Virus record (IMG/VR): IMGVR_UViG_3300007511_000003
Coordinates: 96,001 to 160,000 of that record
DNA length: 64,000 nt
DNA from: a virus
Strand: one strand, 5' to 3'
Position 1 is the stretch's first letter. Each line of letters opens with the position of its first letter. The notes under the pieces are model-generated. The model did not search any database and was not told the DNA's origin. It saw only the letters and a program-made list of their open reading frames with translations. This document shows positions 9,509 through 19,037 of this stretch, piece after piece. A program made the translations under genes and the position numbers.

Positions 9509-9879
9509 TCCATTTCCCCTTCAGCCTCAGGCTCTTCTCCGTGGGTTTGTTGGAGACGCAGGAACAGGTCGATCCCGAAAGTATCGAGGTCCGACGTCAA
9601 CTTAGTGACCTGCCGAGCTGCAACAGATGCCCGTTTCTTGAATGCGATGAGTGCCTGTATCACCTCATCACTATACTCAAGTTCGCGGGCCACATCCAGG
9701 ATCGTCCACAATACCTGGTCGGAGATCACCCCTTGTAGAGGTTCCAGTTGGTCTACGATTTTCTTTTCTTGGGGTCCCAGACCACCCAGCTTCTTCCGGT
9801 CGAAGCCTGCCAAAACAGGCTCCCTACCGGTAAAGCGAAGGCGTCCGAGAGCCTGTTGGTGTGCAAGCTCACGTTTCAT
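9505..9879 (-). CDS. Small protein with HQQALGRL tag
   Basis: MKRELAHQQALGRLR. Confidence 0.65.
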   Translation of the reverse strand: MKRELAHQQALGRLRFTGREPVLAGFDRKKLGGLGPQEKKIVDQLEPLQGVISDQVLWTILDVARELEYSDEVIQALIAFKKRASVAARQVTKLTSDLDTFGIDLFLRLQQTHGEEPEAEGEME

Positions 9880-10799
9880 CAGACGACTCCATGGGTACGC
9901 ATCAGTTGTTCGAGGTTGCTGTAGTAGCTGGGATCCTGTTGGTATAGGTCGGCGTAGTACTGCTTGAGGTCGGTCTCCGTCAAGTCCTCTGGGTCTTCGA
10001 CCGTGATGGGCTTGATTTCGTCCGCAACCTCTTGTTTCTTGGCCCAGGCTTTCAACTTCTCCTCGGGGATGTAGGTAGGTCGTGCCTTGGCCGTCACCTG
10101 CATTTTGGGTTCGCTGTCACCCAAGGAAGCCACCTCCACGATCAGGTCAGGGTGCGTGGCCACAGCCTCTTCGTCCCGCACCGCAATCAGCACGTCGCCG
10201 GAGTCCGTGCAGGAGGTTAGGACGTAACCGAACTTGACAATGCCCTCGGCTGGATCGACAAACCCAACGTAGGACCTCTCAGGGCTGGCAATACGTGCGA
10301 TCTCCTGAATCTGTGGAACACCTACCCGACGGGTGCGGGCATGGGCCAGCAACTCAGACAGGTCTTCGTCTTGGTCACGGCACAGGAACTTCTGACCACC
10401 GCTTGTCTTGACGTTCCACAAGCTTTGGTCTTTGGCATCCATCAGGATATTGGATGCCATCACCCGCATGTCCTTGACACGCTCATCGGTGTAGGGTTCA
10501 ACCACACGGTTGGGAACAACGAAACCCGAAAGGATTGGCCGGTTACCTCGGATGTTTACCAACTGGCGGAAAGAGTCAGGTACGATCACGGCCTTACCGT
10601 CAAAGGCGTTGTTGATAGCCGCCTGGATGGCTTTCCGGTCAGAGGTAGGGGACGACAGGCCAACGATAACTTGGCCCACTTGACCCTCCGCCAACACATT
10701 GAATTCATGGACGGTTGCAAGCAGACGGCGGCTGTTACGCTTCTGCAATTTCTTGGCAACCCGCGCGGGGTCAAAGTAACGACTACGATTGGCGTTCAT
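9879..10799 (-). CDS. Hypothetical protein, probable head-associated structural protein
   Basis: 306-aa ORF with RBS and upstream TGTAAATA; C/G-ending codon bias like the capsid genes. Confidence 0.6.
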   Translation of the reverse strand: MNANRSRYFDPARVAKKLQKRNSRRLLATVHEFNVLAEGQVGQVIVGLSSPTSDRKAIQAAINNAFDGKAVIVPDSFRQLVNIRGNRPILSGFVVPNRVVEPYTDERVKDMRVMASNILMDAKDQSLWNVKTSGGQKFLCRDQDEDLSELLAHARTRRVGVPQIQEIARIASPERSYVGFVDPAEGIVKFGYVLTSCTDSGDVLIAVRDEEAVATHPDLIVEVASLGDSEPKMQVTAKARPTYIPEEKLKAWAKKQEVADEIKPITVEDPEDLTETDLKQYYADLYQQDPSYYSNLEQLMRTHGVV

Positions 10800-10846
10800 T
10801 TACGCTCTCCTACTGGGGTGTTATGCCTTGTATTTACAAGACGGGT

Positions 10847-11326
10847 TCATTGGTCAGGCAGAGCCTGGACTTCCTTGATGACACCGGCCACCATCTTTTC
10901 CTGAGCCATCATGACACTCGCCCACATTTTTTCCAGTTTGCGGAACTTGGCGTTCATCACGTGACCCTTTTTGATTAACGGATTGATCACGGCTTTAAAG
11001 GGCTTGAGACGCCACTGCTCTGCCAACCACTGCTGTACTTTCTTGGCATCAAGGGATCTAGACACAGATACCACGATAAACGCCTTCCCGGGCTTGGCTC
11101 CGGAGTACGGAGCGGCACCACTACCATCCAGCTTTAACTCGAGGGCTTCTTCCATTTCATCGGTATCAATCACCAGGTAATGCCCGTCAACGTCATACGT
11201 TTCACCGTCAACGATCTCCATCAACAGGTCGATACGTCGTAACATACCACGAAACTTGCGGACCAGCTCTTTGAAATGCTGGTTTTCTTCTGGGCCGAGG
11301 TCGGCCAACACACGTAGTTTCCTCAT
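10847..11326 (-). CDS. Hypothetical protein with MRKLRVLA tag
   Basis: Likely start at 11326 (ATGA overlap with the upstream stop). Confidence 0.6.
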   Translation of the reverse strand: MRKLRVLADLGPEENQHFKELVRKFRGMLRRIDLLMEIVDGETYDVDGHYLVIDTDEMEEALELKLDGSGAAPYSGAKPGKAFIVVSVSRSLDAKKVQQWLAEQWRLKPFKAVINPLIKKGHVMNAKFRKLEKMWASVMMAQEKMVAGVIKEVQALPDQ

Positions 11327-12471
11327 CGCCCTACTGCCCTCCCGGCTTGACTGACCAGACTCATCTGGACACCGCATACTCCAACCCGGCTGGCGTTGGC
11401 GCCTGCGTTCTCAGACCCATCCCCTCCGATAATGCCCTTCTTACGAGCCTGCCGTTTAAAACGCTCTGCATTCTCTTGGAGGTAGGACTCAGCGTTTGAT
11501 AGTTGACTTTCAAGGTACCCTGTAACATCGGTGGACAGACTGATGGCTTGCCCTCCAAAGTCAAAGCTTTTCTCGCCTTCAGCCAGGTACTGACTACGGA
11601 GGGCCACTGCCTTGGCGGCTGTGATCCAGAAATGAGCAATAGGTCCTTTGGCCCGTGTCATGGAAAAGGTAGTGACCTGATCCAGAGTGTTAAAATAATC
11701 AGCCCCGCTCTTAAGGAACGACATCATGTCAACCATCGTATACTGGGCTTCTTCCAGGCCAGTATCCGTGTGGAGCCTGTTAATCCAATCACCGAGTTCC
11801 TTCTGAGCCTGCAAAATAGATGGAGTGGTCACAAATAGACGGCCAAGTTCCTGTTGGGGAACTCGATCGACTCTGTAGTTCCATATAACTGAGTATGGAA
11901 CGAGGGAAGGGACCAACTTATTGGTCACTAGGTCAACGGCATCAACAAAGCGGTACTTGCCATTATCCCCGGCAGAGGAACGGATTACCTGCTTGGAGTA
12001 AAGGGAGACGTTATCTTCGTTGAACACCGTGACAGAAGCGGTTGGAATACGACCACCAATAGGAAGGATACAAATCAGCTCAGCAGATCCCATGCCATAT
12101 ATCTCCACGGCATCCATAGGACCAAAGGGATCAGTAACAGGTGGATAAACCAGGAAAGACTCAAAATAATGTAGGTCTTCTTCACCGTCAAAGTCAAAAA
12201 TCCACTTAACTTGGTATTCGGTACCATAGTCGTCGGCTTCGAGGTTATCAGGTAAAGAGAAGTAAGCGGTCGCAGTGGTACGTCGGGTCATGACCTCCAC
12301 GTGTGGGGCAAACCCGCGGGCATACTCAACACCGTCTGGGTCTTGGAGGATCCAAGTCACTACGACGTGTTCTACCTCTTCCAACGGTTCTGGAATCTGG
12401 ACGACAGCCCGCGCGGTTACTTGATGTCCTACCACCGCTTTGAGAATAGCCTCGATGGTATCGTGACTCAC
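11323..12471 (-). CDS. Putative head-tail adaptor/neck protein
   Basis: C-terminal helical adaptor-like region (SFDFGGQAISLSTD); position in the structural block. Confidence 0.5.
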   Translation of the reverse strand: MSHDTIEAILKAVVGHQVTARAVVQIPEPLEEVEHVVVTWILQDPDGVEYARGFAPHVEVMTRRTTATAYFSLPDNLEADDYGTEYQVKWIFDFDGEEDLHYFESFLVYPPVTDPFGPMDAVEIYGMGSAELICILPIGGRIPTASVTVFNEDNVSLYSKQVIRSSAGDNGKYRFVDAVDLVTNKLVPSLVPYSVIWNYRVDRVPQQELGRLFVTTPSILQAQKELGDWINRLHTDTGLEEAQYTMVDMMSFLKSGADYFNTLDQVTTFSMTRAKGPIAHFWITAAKAVALRSQYLAEGEKSFDFGGQAISLSTDVTGYLESQLSNAESYLQENAERFKRQARKKGIIGGDGSENAGANASRVGVCGVQMSLVSQAGRAVGR

Positions 12472-14036
12472 AATTCGGCTCCTTCAAAAGCACGTTGCAT
12501 ACTGCTAACCGAACTCATCATACGCAACAAGGGTTGTGGTGTGCGAACACCAATCGACCGGAAATGCTGAATCATGATCGATGGGTCAATGTAGTTTTGT
12601 ATGGCCGTGTCTGGAGTGAGCTTATCCCCACTGTAATGGCCCAACGCCTTTGCTACCTTCATCAGCAACAAACGAAATTCTTGTAGGGCCTCCTTTTGGG
12701 AAGGCGGGACCCCTTGTCTATGGTACCTGCTACCCTTCAATACCTGTTCCGCCAAAAGAGTACCGCGGAGGGTGCGTAACTTGTGGATGGTAACAGGACT
12801 TCCGATCCCTTTGAAATAAGCGTTCACCACGGTAGCAGAGACATGGGCTCCTGATGGTCCGCGAAACACCAAGTCATCTGGTTCCAGACCTTCTGTCAGG
12901 ATCTTGAGCAAAGCCATTACCTTGCGGCTCCATTTGGTGTCCGGAATAATAGCATGCTTATGAGAAATACCGTCCTTGCCCTTATAATGCAGTACCGCAG
13001 TGTTTCCCTTAAGCTGGATATGTTTGGCCCTCAGCGTGGACAAACCATAGGTACTCTGTCCTTTGGTCGAAGAACCAGGGGTCCCTATACGACCCTGTGT
13101 AAGGTAAGCAATTTCCACCAGCAAAGCCGGAATCTGCTTCTTGGAGCCATCCGACATCAGGTCACGGCGCCATTTCTTGAGAAGGGCTTCGATACCTTTG
13201 ACCAGCTTAGCCACCTTGGCAAACTTTTCCTTGGTACGGGCCTTGTGGTACTTTTCGGTATAGTAATACTTGAACTTGGTCCCTTTTGGAGGCTGACCTT
13301 TAAACACCCAAGTGTCATCAGATTTGGGGTCATACTTAGGGTTCATTTCGATCGTACCAGCAGGAACCCCATTAATCTTTTGTCGTGCCTTGGTATACAG
13401 GCCACCGTCTTCCCCAACAAATCCGGTAAACCCCTCTGGTATCTTGACCGCCACCCCTTCTTGGGACGCAGCGGTCCTTACATCAGAGGCATCCAAGATT
13501 GGTTTACCGCTACTCCGAATGTGGTTAAGTAACCACTCTTTTGGTGTGCTCGGTGGGTCCTCATGGACAAAAAGCTTATTGATATGGGGGTCTTTCAATA
13601 CACCTATGTTCTTATGAAACCGCTTGTAGGCGGCAGGGCTAGGCTTGGCAGACAGGACGGAAAAGTCTTTCAGGAGAGCAAAATATTCCTCTGGAATTGA
13701 GTCCTCAGTGGCTCCGTATATATTAGGAAATTTGACCTTCAGGATGGAACCCAAAGCGAGTAGGGCCTTGCTTTCATCCGAGGCGGTGCCACCCTGCTCT
13801 AGCTTATCTACAACCTTGCGTAGAGGCGGGACTTTGATACCGAATTGGGTGAGGAAGTCCTCAGCTTGGGCAAAGAGCTGGTTCAAACGTACCCTTTGCT
13901 GGACCTGTAAGGGCCTTCCAGACTTGACAGAATAGATGATATATGCAAGGGTGCGAAAGAAGGAAAGGACGGCTTCAGGGGTTAAATCCACCTGTAACGC
14001 GATCTCTACATTGGCAAGAACCCGCAACTCTTTCAT
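12468..14036 (-). CDS. DNA topoisomerase IB with N-terminal extension
   Basis: GRIG (Arg), YGLSTLRAKHI, YKGKDG (Lys), HKLRTLRGT (Arg), KVAKALGH, AIQNYIDP (catalytic Tyr). Confidence 0.88.
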   Translation of the reverse strand: MKELRVLANVEIALQVDLTPEAVLSFFRTLAYIIYSVKSGRPLQVQQRVRLNQLFAQAEDFLTQFGIKVPPLRKVVDKLEQGGTASDESKALLALGSILKVKFPNIYGATEDSIPEEYFALLKDFSVLSAKPSPAAYKRFHKNIGVLKDPHINKLFVHEDPPSTPKEWLLNHIRSSGKPILDASDVRTAASQEGVAVKIPEGFTGFVGEDGGLYTKARQKINGVPAGTIEMNPKYDPKSDDTWVFKGQPPKGTKFKYYYTEKYHKARTKEKFAKVAKLVKGIEALLKKWRRDLMSDGSKKQIPALLVEIAYLTQGRIGTPGSSTKGQSTYGLSTLRAKHIQLKGNTAVLHYKGKDGISHKHAIIPDTKWSRKVMALLKILTEGLEPDDLVFRGPSGAHVSATVVNAYFKGIGSPVTIHKLRTLRGTLLAEQVLKGSRYHRQGVPPSQKEALQEFRLLLMKVAKALGHYSGDKLTPDTAIQNYIDPSIMIQHFRSIGVRTPQPLLRMMSSVSSMQRAFEGAEL

Positions 14037-14803
14037 GGCATGTGCTCCAACATTTGTACCTTGGATGAAACGAGGAGGTTCTCTTCAGCCAACAAGGAAG
14101 GGAGGAGGGAGAGACCTTCACGGAGGGAAGTAAATTGCTTGGCACCGGAATGGGTGCTCAGTGGTGTAAATGATGGGGACAGTGAAAGGGAAAATTGAAA
14201 ACCAGATTTTGTTTGTGTGCCAGATACGATGACATGGAAGGAGTCGTAGGTAAAACCTTCTGGGTCCGTTACTCCTGCCAACTCAAGTACCGAAGTGAAA
14301 AGAGGGGAATCATTTTCAGCAGACACGTGACTATGTATACGGTGATGGTCAAACCTGCCTGAAAGAAGGCGCCGACTCCGTTTATGGATGCCTTTTGCCA
14401 CTGCTCTTACTTTCGTAGGCATTACCTTCAACGTAGCTTTTTCTGTGCAGGCCCTTATAGTAAGGAGTTCAGCACGGACCAAAGCTTGGAGTTCCTCGAT
14501 CTCCCCGAAGACCTTGCCTAGCTTGTTTTCGTTATGGAACTGGTATGTTAACTGTGCCTTTAGGGCACCCAAGGTATCCAATTTGGTTCCATAGACTTGC
14601 AAGGCTTCAAGATGCCGGTCCAACGTCAACAGGGAGGGCCCTACCTCATCCTCTTGTAGTTGGTCGAAAGCAGCAGAGAGTTTGTTTACCCGGGAACGCA
14701 CACCACGTAAGTAACGAGAAACGTCGGGCAGACTGCGAAACTTGGGTTCCCCATTTCGACTTAGGATGCGTATTTCCTTCAGCAATTTCTGTTGGACACT
14801 CAA
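14033..14803 (-). CDS. Hypothetical protein
   Basis: 256-aa ORF tiling the operon. Confidence 0.6.
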   Translation of the reverse strand: MSVQQKLLKEIRILSRNGEPKFRSLPDVSRYLRGVRSRVNKLSAAFDQLQEDEVGPSLLTLDRHLEALQVYGTKLDTLGALKAQLTYQFHNENKLGKVFGEIEELQALVRAELLTIRACTEKATLKVMPTKVRAVAKGIHKRSRRLLSGRFDHHRIHSHVSAENDSPLFTSVLELAGVTDPEGFTYDSFHVIVSGTQTKSGFQFSLSLSPSFTPLSTHSGAKQFTSLREGLSLLPSLLAEENLLVSSKVQMLEHMP

Positions 14804-14806
14804 CGG

Positions 14807-15976
14807 TCAAATCCTCTCAATAGGGTTACCAGCTTTCATCGCTTTGTTACCTCCGTGTGGTAACATGGTGCCCAACTCAAATTCTTTTAATGGAAAGGCG
14901 TTACACTCGTGCCCGTAAACATGACCGCGGGCATCCATCAATGGGTCAGAATCTGTGGTACGCCAATATCGGCTATATACGTGGTCAAACAACATGGACA
15001 GCTTGGGTACCTCAGCCACCAGGGAGGGTAAAACAATAGTGCCCGTTGCAAGTCCTTCCAACAGGATGATGTCCTGCAGGTCCTGAATCTTGGAGAAGTC
15101 CGCCAGTAACATTTCACTGGACAGACGGAATTGCAGTTCAATGTGAGTAATCTTGGCACCACGGACAGGAAACTCCAGCTTCAGGAGGCTTTTCACACCT
15201 GTGGCAAAGGCCAGGATAGACTCTGGGGAACATCCACCCTCACCGCCCAACAATACGTTGTTGACAGACAGGGGTAAAAACACCTGTTGCTGGTTATCAA
15301 AGATGCGGATAGATTCGACCGCTACCGCGTTCTTGGGTACCATTATATTAAACAGTACAAACGCGCCTTCTCGTTCCGCCATCAGCTTATTGGGTGCCGA
15401 GGTATGGTCAATGGAAACGCCCTCTGCATCTTTAAAATTAGAGGGCGTGAGCACTGTGCGAGAACCTCGAAAAACGTTGTACCCGCCAATATAAGAGGTA
15501 CCAAAGCAAACGGGACACGAGGTCCCAGAAAAGCCAAATGGGTTGGTGGATGGTGTGGACATGGACTCATCTATTTCCCCGAGATCCACGATTTCTTCGT
15601 CGGCTGTCAATGAATCAGGTGTACGCTTGTTCTCTCCGGTACGCATACGAATGTTGGTTGTGTTGGTCAATGTCGACCGGTCAGCATGAGCACTGTCGGC
15701 AGGCGTCATCGTAACAGGGGATCCGCTCAACAAGGTGTCCATCACTTCTGGTTTCATGGATCCATCAGAAGCCAAGGTATCGTTATAAGTGCAGGTACAA
15801 CGATAACCATTGGTGAGAGGTAGGTACAAGGTTACAGGGTGCGGGTTCACCAAAAACGCATTGTTGAACTCATGCTGGGCTACTTCAGAGGTACGCTCCA
15901 ACACACGATCTGCCACCTCTTTCACCCTGTGATTCTTGGGCTTTCTCTGGCGCCCTCTTTGACGAACAACTGGCAT
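14807..15976 (-). CDS. Putative neck/head-closure protein with Zn motif
   Basis: RCTC...CPVCFGTSYIGGY; probable start MPVVRQ at 15976. Confidence 0.5.
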   Translation of the reverse strand: MPVVRQRGRQRKPKNHRVKEVADRVLERTSEVAQHEFNNAFLVNPHPVTLYLPLTNGYRCTCTYNDTLASDGSMKPEVMDTLLSGSPVTMTPADSAHADRSTLTNTTNIRMRTGENKRTPDSLTADEEIVDLGEIDESMSTPSTNPFGFSGTSCPVCFGTSYIGGYNVFRGSRTVLTPSNFKDAEGVSIDHTSAPNKLMAEREGAFVLFNIMVPKNAVAVESIRIFDNQQQVFLPLSVNNVLLGGEGGCSPESILAFATGVKSLLKLEFPVRGAKITHIELQFRLSSEMLLADFSKIQDLQDIILLEGLATGTIVLPSLVAEVPKLSMLFDHVYSRYWRTTDSDPLMDARGHVYGHECNAFPLKEFELGTMLPHGGNKAMKAGNPIERI

Positions 15977-16067
15977 GAAAATCCCTCGTATAATCCAGAA
16001 AAAGTGCTGGTATCGGCCCAAACGCCCTTAGTTCCCTGTAAATTAAGAGAGTACAAGGCGTACCTAA

Positions 16068-16718
16068 ATGAAATTATTGACAGACGGGACAGATATAGTG
16101 GAAAAAGGAAGGATAAGGGTCATAGGGCATGACCCAGGATCACGTAATTATGCCTACTCAGTGGTGGATGCTCGTGTGTGGGGGCACCTATTCCAGTACA
16201 AGGTACGCAAGTGTGGCATCATAGAAAAGGCAATACCTGCCCTTAAAGATGACCTCAAGGAGGGTACCGTTCAATTTATTAAAGAGGTAGATGGTATAAT
16301 AGGAGACTTTAAACCTGTCAACTATTTCATCGCAGAGCGGTTCGTGAGTAGGGGGCTGCGTGGAGATATTGGGGAACGTGCCAATATCATGCTAGGCATC
16401 GCGCTAGCACTCACCACCAGAAAAAAGGTAGGTGTGGTGGAGACCCCCATGATTACCGCCTCCACCTGGAAGAACAGGACGAAAAAGATTTTGGACCTAA
16501 AAGAGTTATACAAGCAATGTCGGGTGCCACCACATGAGGTAGACGCTACGTTAATTGCCTTGTTTATAGCGTGCCAGCATTTTAAAATTAAACCCTATTC
16601 CTTCTTCAAGTCGGTAAAACATGTCCGAAAGTTTGTAGACAGGGTGGAGTCGGCTACAACCAGCAAACACCGCAACATACGACCAAAAAAATCTTTTGAC
16701 CAATGTTTTGTCCATTAA
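16068..16718 (+). CDS. ruvC: RuvC-type Holliday junction resolvase
   Basis: VIGHDPGSRNYAYS, FIAERF, TASTWK and HEVDATLIA supply the RNase H-fold acidic residues. Confidence 0.82.
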   Translation: MKLLTDGTDIVEKGRIRVIGHDPGSRNYAYSVVDARVWGHLFQYKVRKCGIIEKAIPALKDDLKEGTVQFIKEVDGIIGDFKPVNYFIAERFVSRGLRGDIGERANIMLGIALALTTRKKVGVVETPMITASTWKNRTKKILDLKELYKQCRVPPHEVDATLIALFIACQHFKIKPYSFFKSVKHVRKFVDRVESATTSKHRNIRPKKSFDQCFVH

Positions 16719-17167
16719 TAGGGAACCGGTTGGCAGAGTGCCAACCATCATGTATGTGGCAATCCAACTCTGGGTGCCTGCACTCGGAGGACGAGATACC
16801 AGATAAAATTCTGGCCAAGGCTAAGGGAATACCAGTACAAGAGGTAAAAAGGAGGAGGGAGGAGGGTGTGCGCAAAATCCACATCCTGATCATGTTACAC
16901 CATTACCTAGAATACACGGCTAACAGGGCGGGACCCGCCCTGAACCCCTTGCAAGAGAGTTTACATATAAGGTATCCGTACAACCTACCAGACATTAAGG
17001 GGAAGCTAGGGTACGTCCTACCCGCAACCAACAAAAATTTATTTAGGTCCTTTTTAAATGATACGAAGGCCCGACGAAGGTTTCCATTAAAAACCGTATT
17101 ACACCTATCTGCCAAGGAGTTACACCGACTCCGACGCCACCACAAGGAGAACGAAACTGATGGATAA
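16703..17167 (+). CDS. Hypothetical protein with Cys-rich N-terminus
   Basis: 154-aa ORF overlapping ruvC. Confidence 0.55.
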   Translation: MFCPLIGNRLAECQPSCMWQSNSGCLHSEDEIPDKILAKAKGIPVQEVKRRREEGVRKIHILIMLHHYLEYTANRAGPALNPLQESLHIRYPYNLPDIKGKLGYVLPATNKNLFRSFLNDTKARRRFPLKTVLHLSAKELHRLRRHHKENETDG

Positions 17168-17807
17168 CGACCAAGCAATGCGCCCGAGTGAAGTTACCAG
17201 ACTGGATTTCCACGAGTTGGAAAAGGCCAGCATTGGTCCTGTATGGGTATTCAACAACACCAAGGGTACCAAACGTAGTGACATCATGTTCAGTAGTGCC
17301 CGACCCAATGGCACGGGTACCGACACAGTGAAAATACCTGTTACGTTCCTACCAATCGATCTCACCACCCAGGTCCCTCGTGAACAACTTATGACAGGCG
17401 CCGAGTTTCGGCGAGCGGTATCCGGGGGGCTTCTCAAAGTGGTGTCAGATACGGACGCCCGCGGTTACATGCGGTCGCTAGATCGGGAAAGCATCTCAGA
17501 AGAAAAACGGCGGCTGCGTGATCTGGATGCCACCAGTGCTATCCAGAGCCAGTCTACCAGCATGGGACATTCTGCGGCGGAAGCCGTGGTGAGAAACAGT
17601 TTGGACGTGGATGGAGTATCACCGGCTGTAGTAAGCTTGATGGCAAGCGTGGGGGAAGACTCCCACCAATCCCAACTTAACAACACCTTGAGGTCCATGG
17701 CAGAGAGTCTGACCGATACGGATTGGGATCACATCATGAGTGAAGCCCGTCGAAACAAGTTGAAGAAGACCCTCCAGTATGCGAAGAAGGAAAAAGAGCA
17801 GAGGTAA
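17160..17807 (+). CDS. Hypothetical protein
   Basis: 215-aa ORF with AAGGAG RBS, followed by a terminator. Confidence 0.7.
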   Translation: MDNDQAMRPSEVTRLDFHELEKASIGPVWVFNNTKGTKRSDIMFSSARPNGTGTDTVKIPVTFLPIDLTTQVPREQLMTGAEFRRAVSGGLLKVVSDTDARGYMRSLDRESISEEKRRLRDLDATSAIQSQSTSMGHSAAEAVVRNSLDVDGVSPAVVSLMASVGEDSHQSQLNNTLRSMAESLTDTDWDHIMSEARRNKLKKTLQYAKKEKEQR

Positions 17808-17835
17808 CACGCCCGTCACCTTTGCTGGTCCTGTG

Positions 17836-17875
17836 AGGGTCCAGGTCGGGTTTTAAGCCTGCCTGGACCCTTTTT
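17836..17875 (+). terminator. Intrinsic terminator between convergent genes
   Basis: GGGTCCAGG...CCTGGACCC followed by TTTTT. Confidence 0.8.
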
Positions 17876-17916
17876 ATCATGTGTGAGCTAAAAGTAGTGG
17901 AGAGGACCAGAGGAGG

Positions 17917-19026
17917 TCAGGAAAGGCGAACGCGGAGTTCTTGGAGGAAGGCAAGGCCCGTACGTTGTGGAACGTCCAGGGAACGAAGACAGTACCGGAT
18001 GTAGCGGTGTAGGCGCCCGCAACCCAACAAACGTTCAAAGTATTGTTCGTTGGTTACACCTTTACGTACCATCTTCTTTTCTTGTAGCCAGTCTGTGAAC
18101 CGGGCATCATGAGTACCCGTAAGGAGTTCCAGGAACCTACGCTTTTTCCCACCGTACCCAGCCAGCAAGGATCTGGCGGTTAAAGCATCTTCGATTGTGA
18201 AAGCTCGATCACGGAAACTCTGTTGGGAACCTGTCAACGTCGATACCAAAAAGTCATCCGATTCCACCACGCGGAGGCTATCCCGTAACATATCCAATGA
18301 CACCTTGAGGCTGGAGAAAGTACCATCATCATTCCGGATGAGGTTATTCCTGCTCTTGGATGTATGCTTGAGGATCAGGTTCACACCATGGTTGTGGATA
18401 CTGCGTTTGGCAATGTTCGTGCTGTGAAGCCGACTGTCCACACAGGGGTACATCAACAACAGACTTTGGATACCCCTAAGCAACAAGTCCATCACAAGGT
18501 CTTCAAGGTCAATGCCATAGGACCGGGCCAGAAACCGCATTTTCTTGGTAACAAATTTTCGGGTATATATGTCCACCTCTTTTACCACCCGCTCTGTAGC
18601 GGCGTTAATGCCTCGTAGGGGCAAGGCCTTGTAGCGGTCTGTATAGGGGGGTAATGCCCGTCGAAGGTCCTTCGACCGTTTGAGATATCGGGCAAGCTCA
18701 GTGTCACGGCTTTTGACTTCAAATTCCTGGGAGGTCCTGGTGGCTTGCTGACGTGTCCAGTAGGCATTATGGACGTAGCTGTAGTATAACCAGGTTTTAA
18801 TATTTTTTAAGATGTACCCTTGTACCCCCAACTCTGCCCTAAATTCCCTGACGCTGATACCTTCACCAAGGAGGTCCTCCAACCGTCGGGTAAGCTCTCG
18901 GCTCTTAATACCCCTGAACAGGTAGAGCAGAACGGCGGTAACTGCCCTACGTTGCCAGCTTAGGGGTATCCTTAAATAACTTGGGAAGTGGTGTATTAAC
19001 ATCAACTCGATGGTGTTTCGGCCCAT
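17917..19026 (-). CDS. Putative phage sigma factor-like protein
   Basis: Region-2-like segment ARSYGIDLEDLVMDLLLRGIQSLLLMYP...TNIAKRSIHNHGVNLI. Confidence 0.5.
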   Translation of the reverse strand: MGRNTIELMLIHHFPSYLRIPLSWQRRAVTAVLLYLFRGIKSRELTRRLEDLLGEGISVREFRAELGVQGYILKNIKTWLYYSYVHNAYWTRQQATRTSQEFEVKSRDTELARYLKRSKDLRRALPPYTDRYKALPLRGINAATERVVKEVDIYTRKFVTKKMRFLARSYGIDLEDLVMDLLLRGIQSLLLMYPCVDSRLHSTNIAKRSIHNHGVNLILKHTSKSRNNLIRNDDGTFSSLKVSLDMLRDSLRVVESDDFLVSTLTGSQQSFRDRAFTIEDALTARSLLAGYGGKKRRFLELLTGTHDARFTDWLQEKKMVRKGVTNEQYFERLLGCGRLHRYIRYCLRSLDVPQRTGLAFLQELRVRLS

Positions 19027-19037
19027 TTGTCATCCCC

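Noticed and set aside
12468-14036. Tyrosine integrase indicating a prophage
   Set aside because: Motif spacing (RIG, YGLSTL, KGKDG, LRT, LGH, YIDP) fits topoisomerase IB; no att sites or host genes are seen
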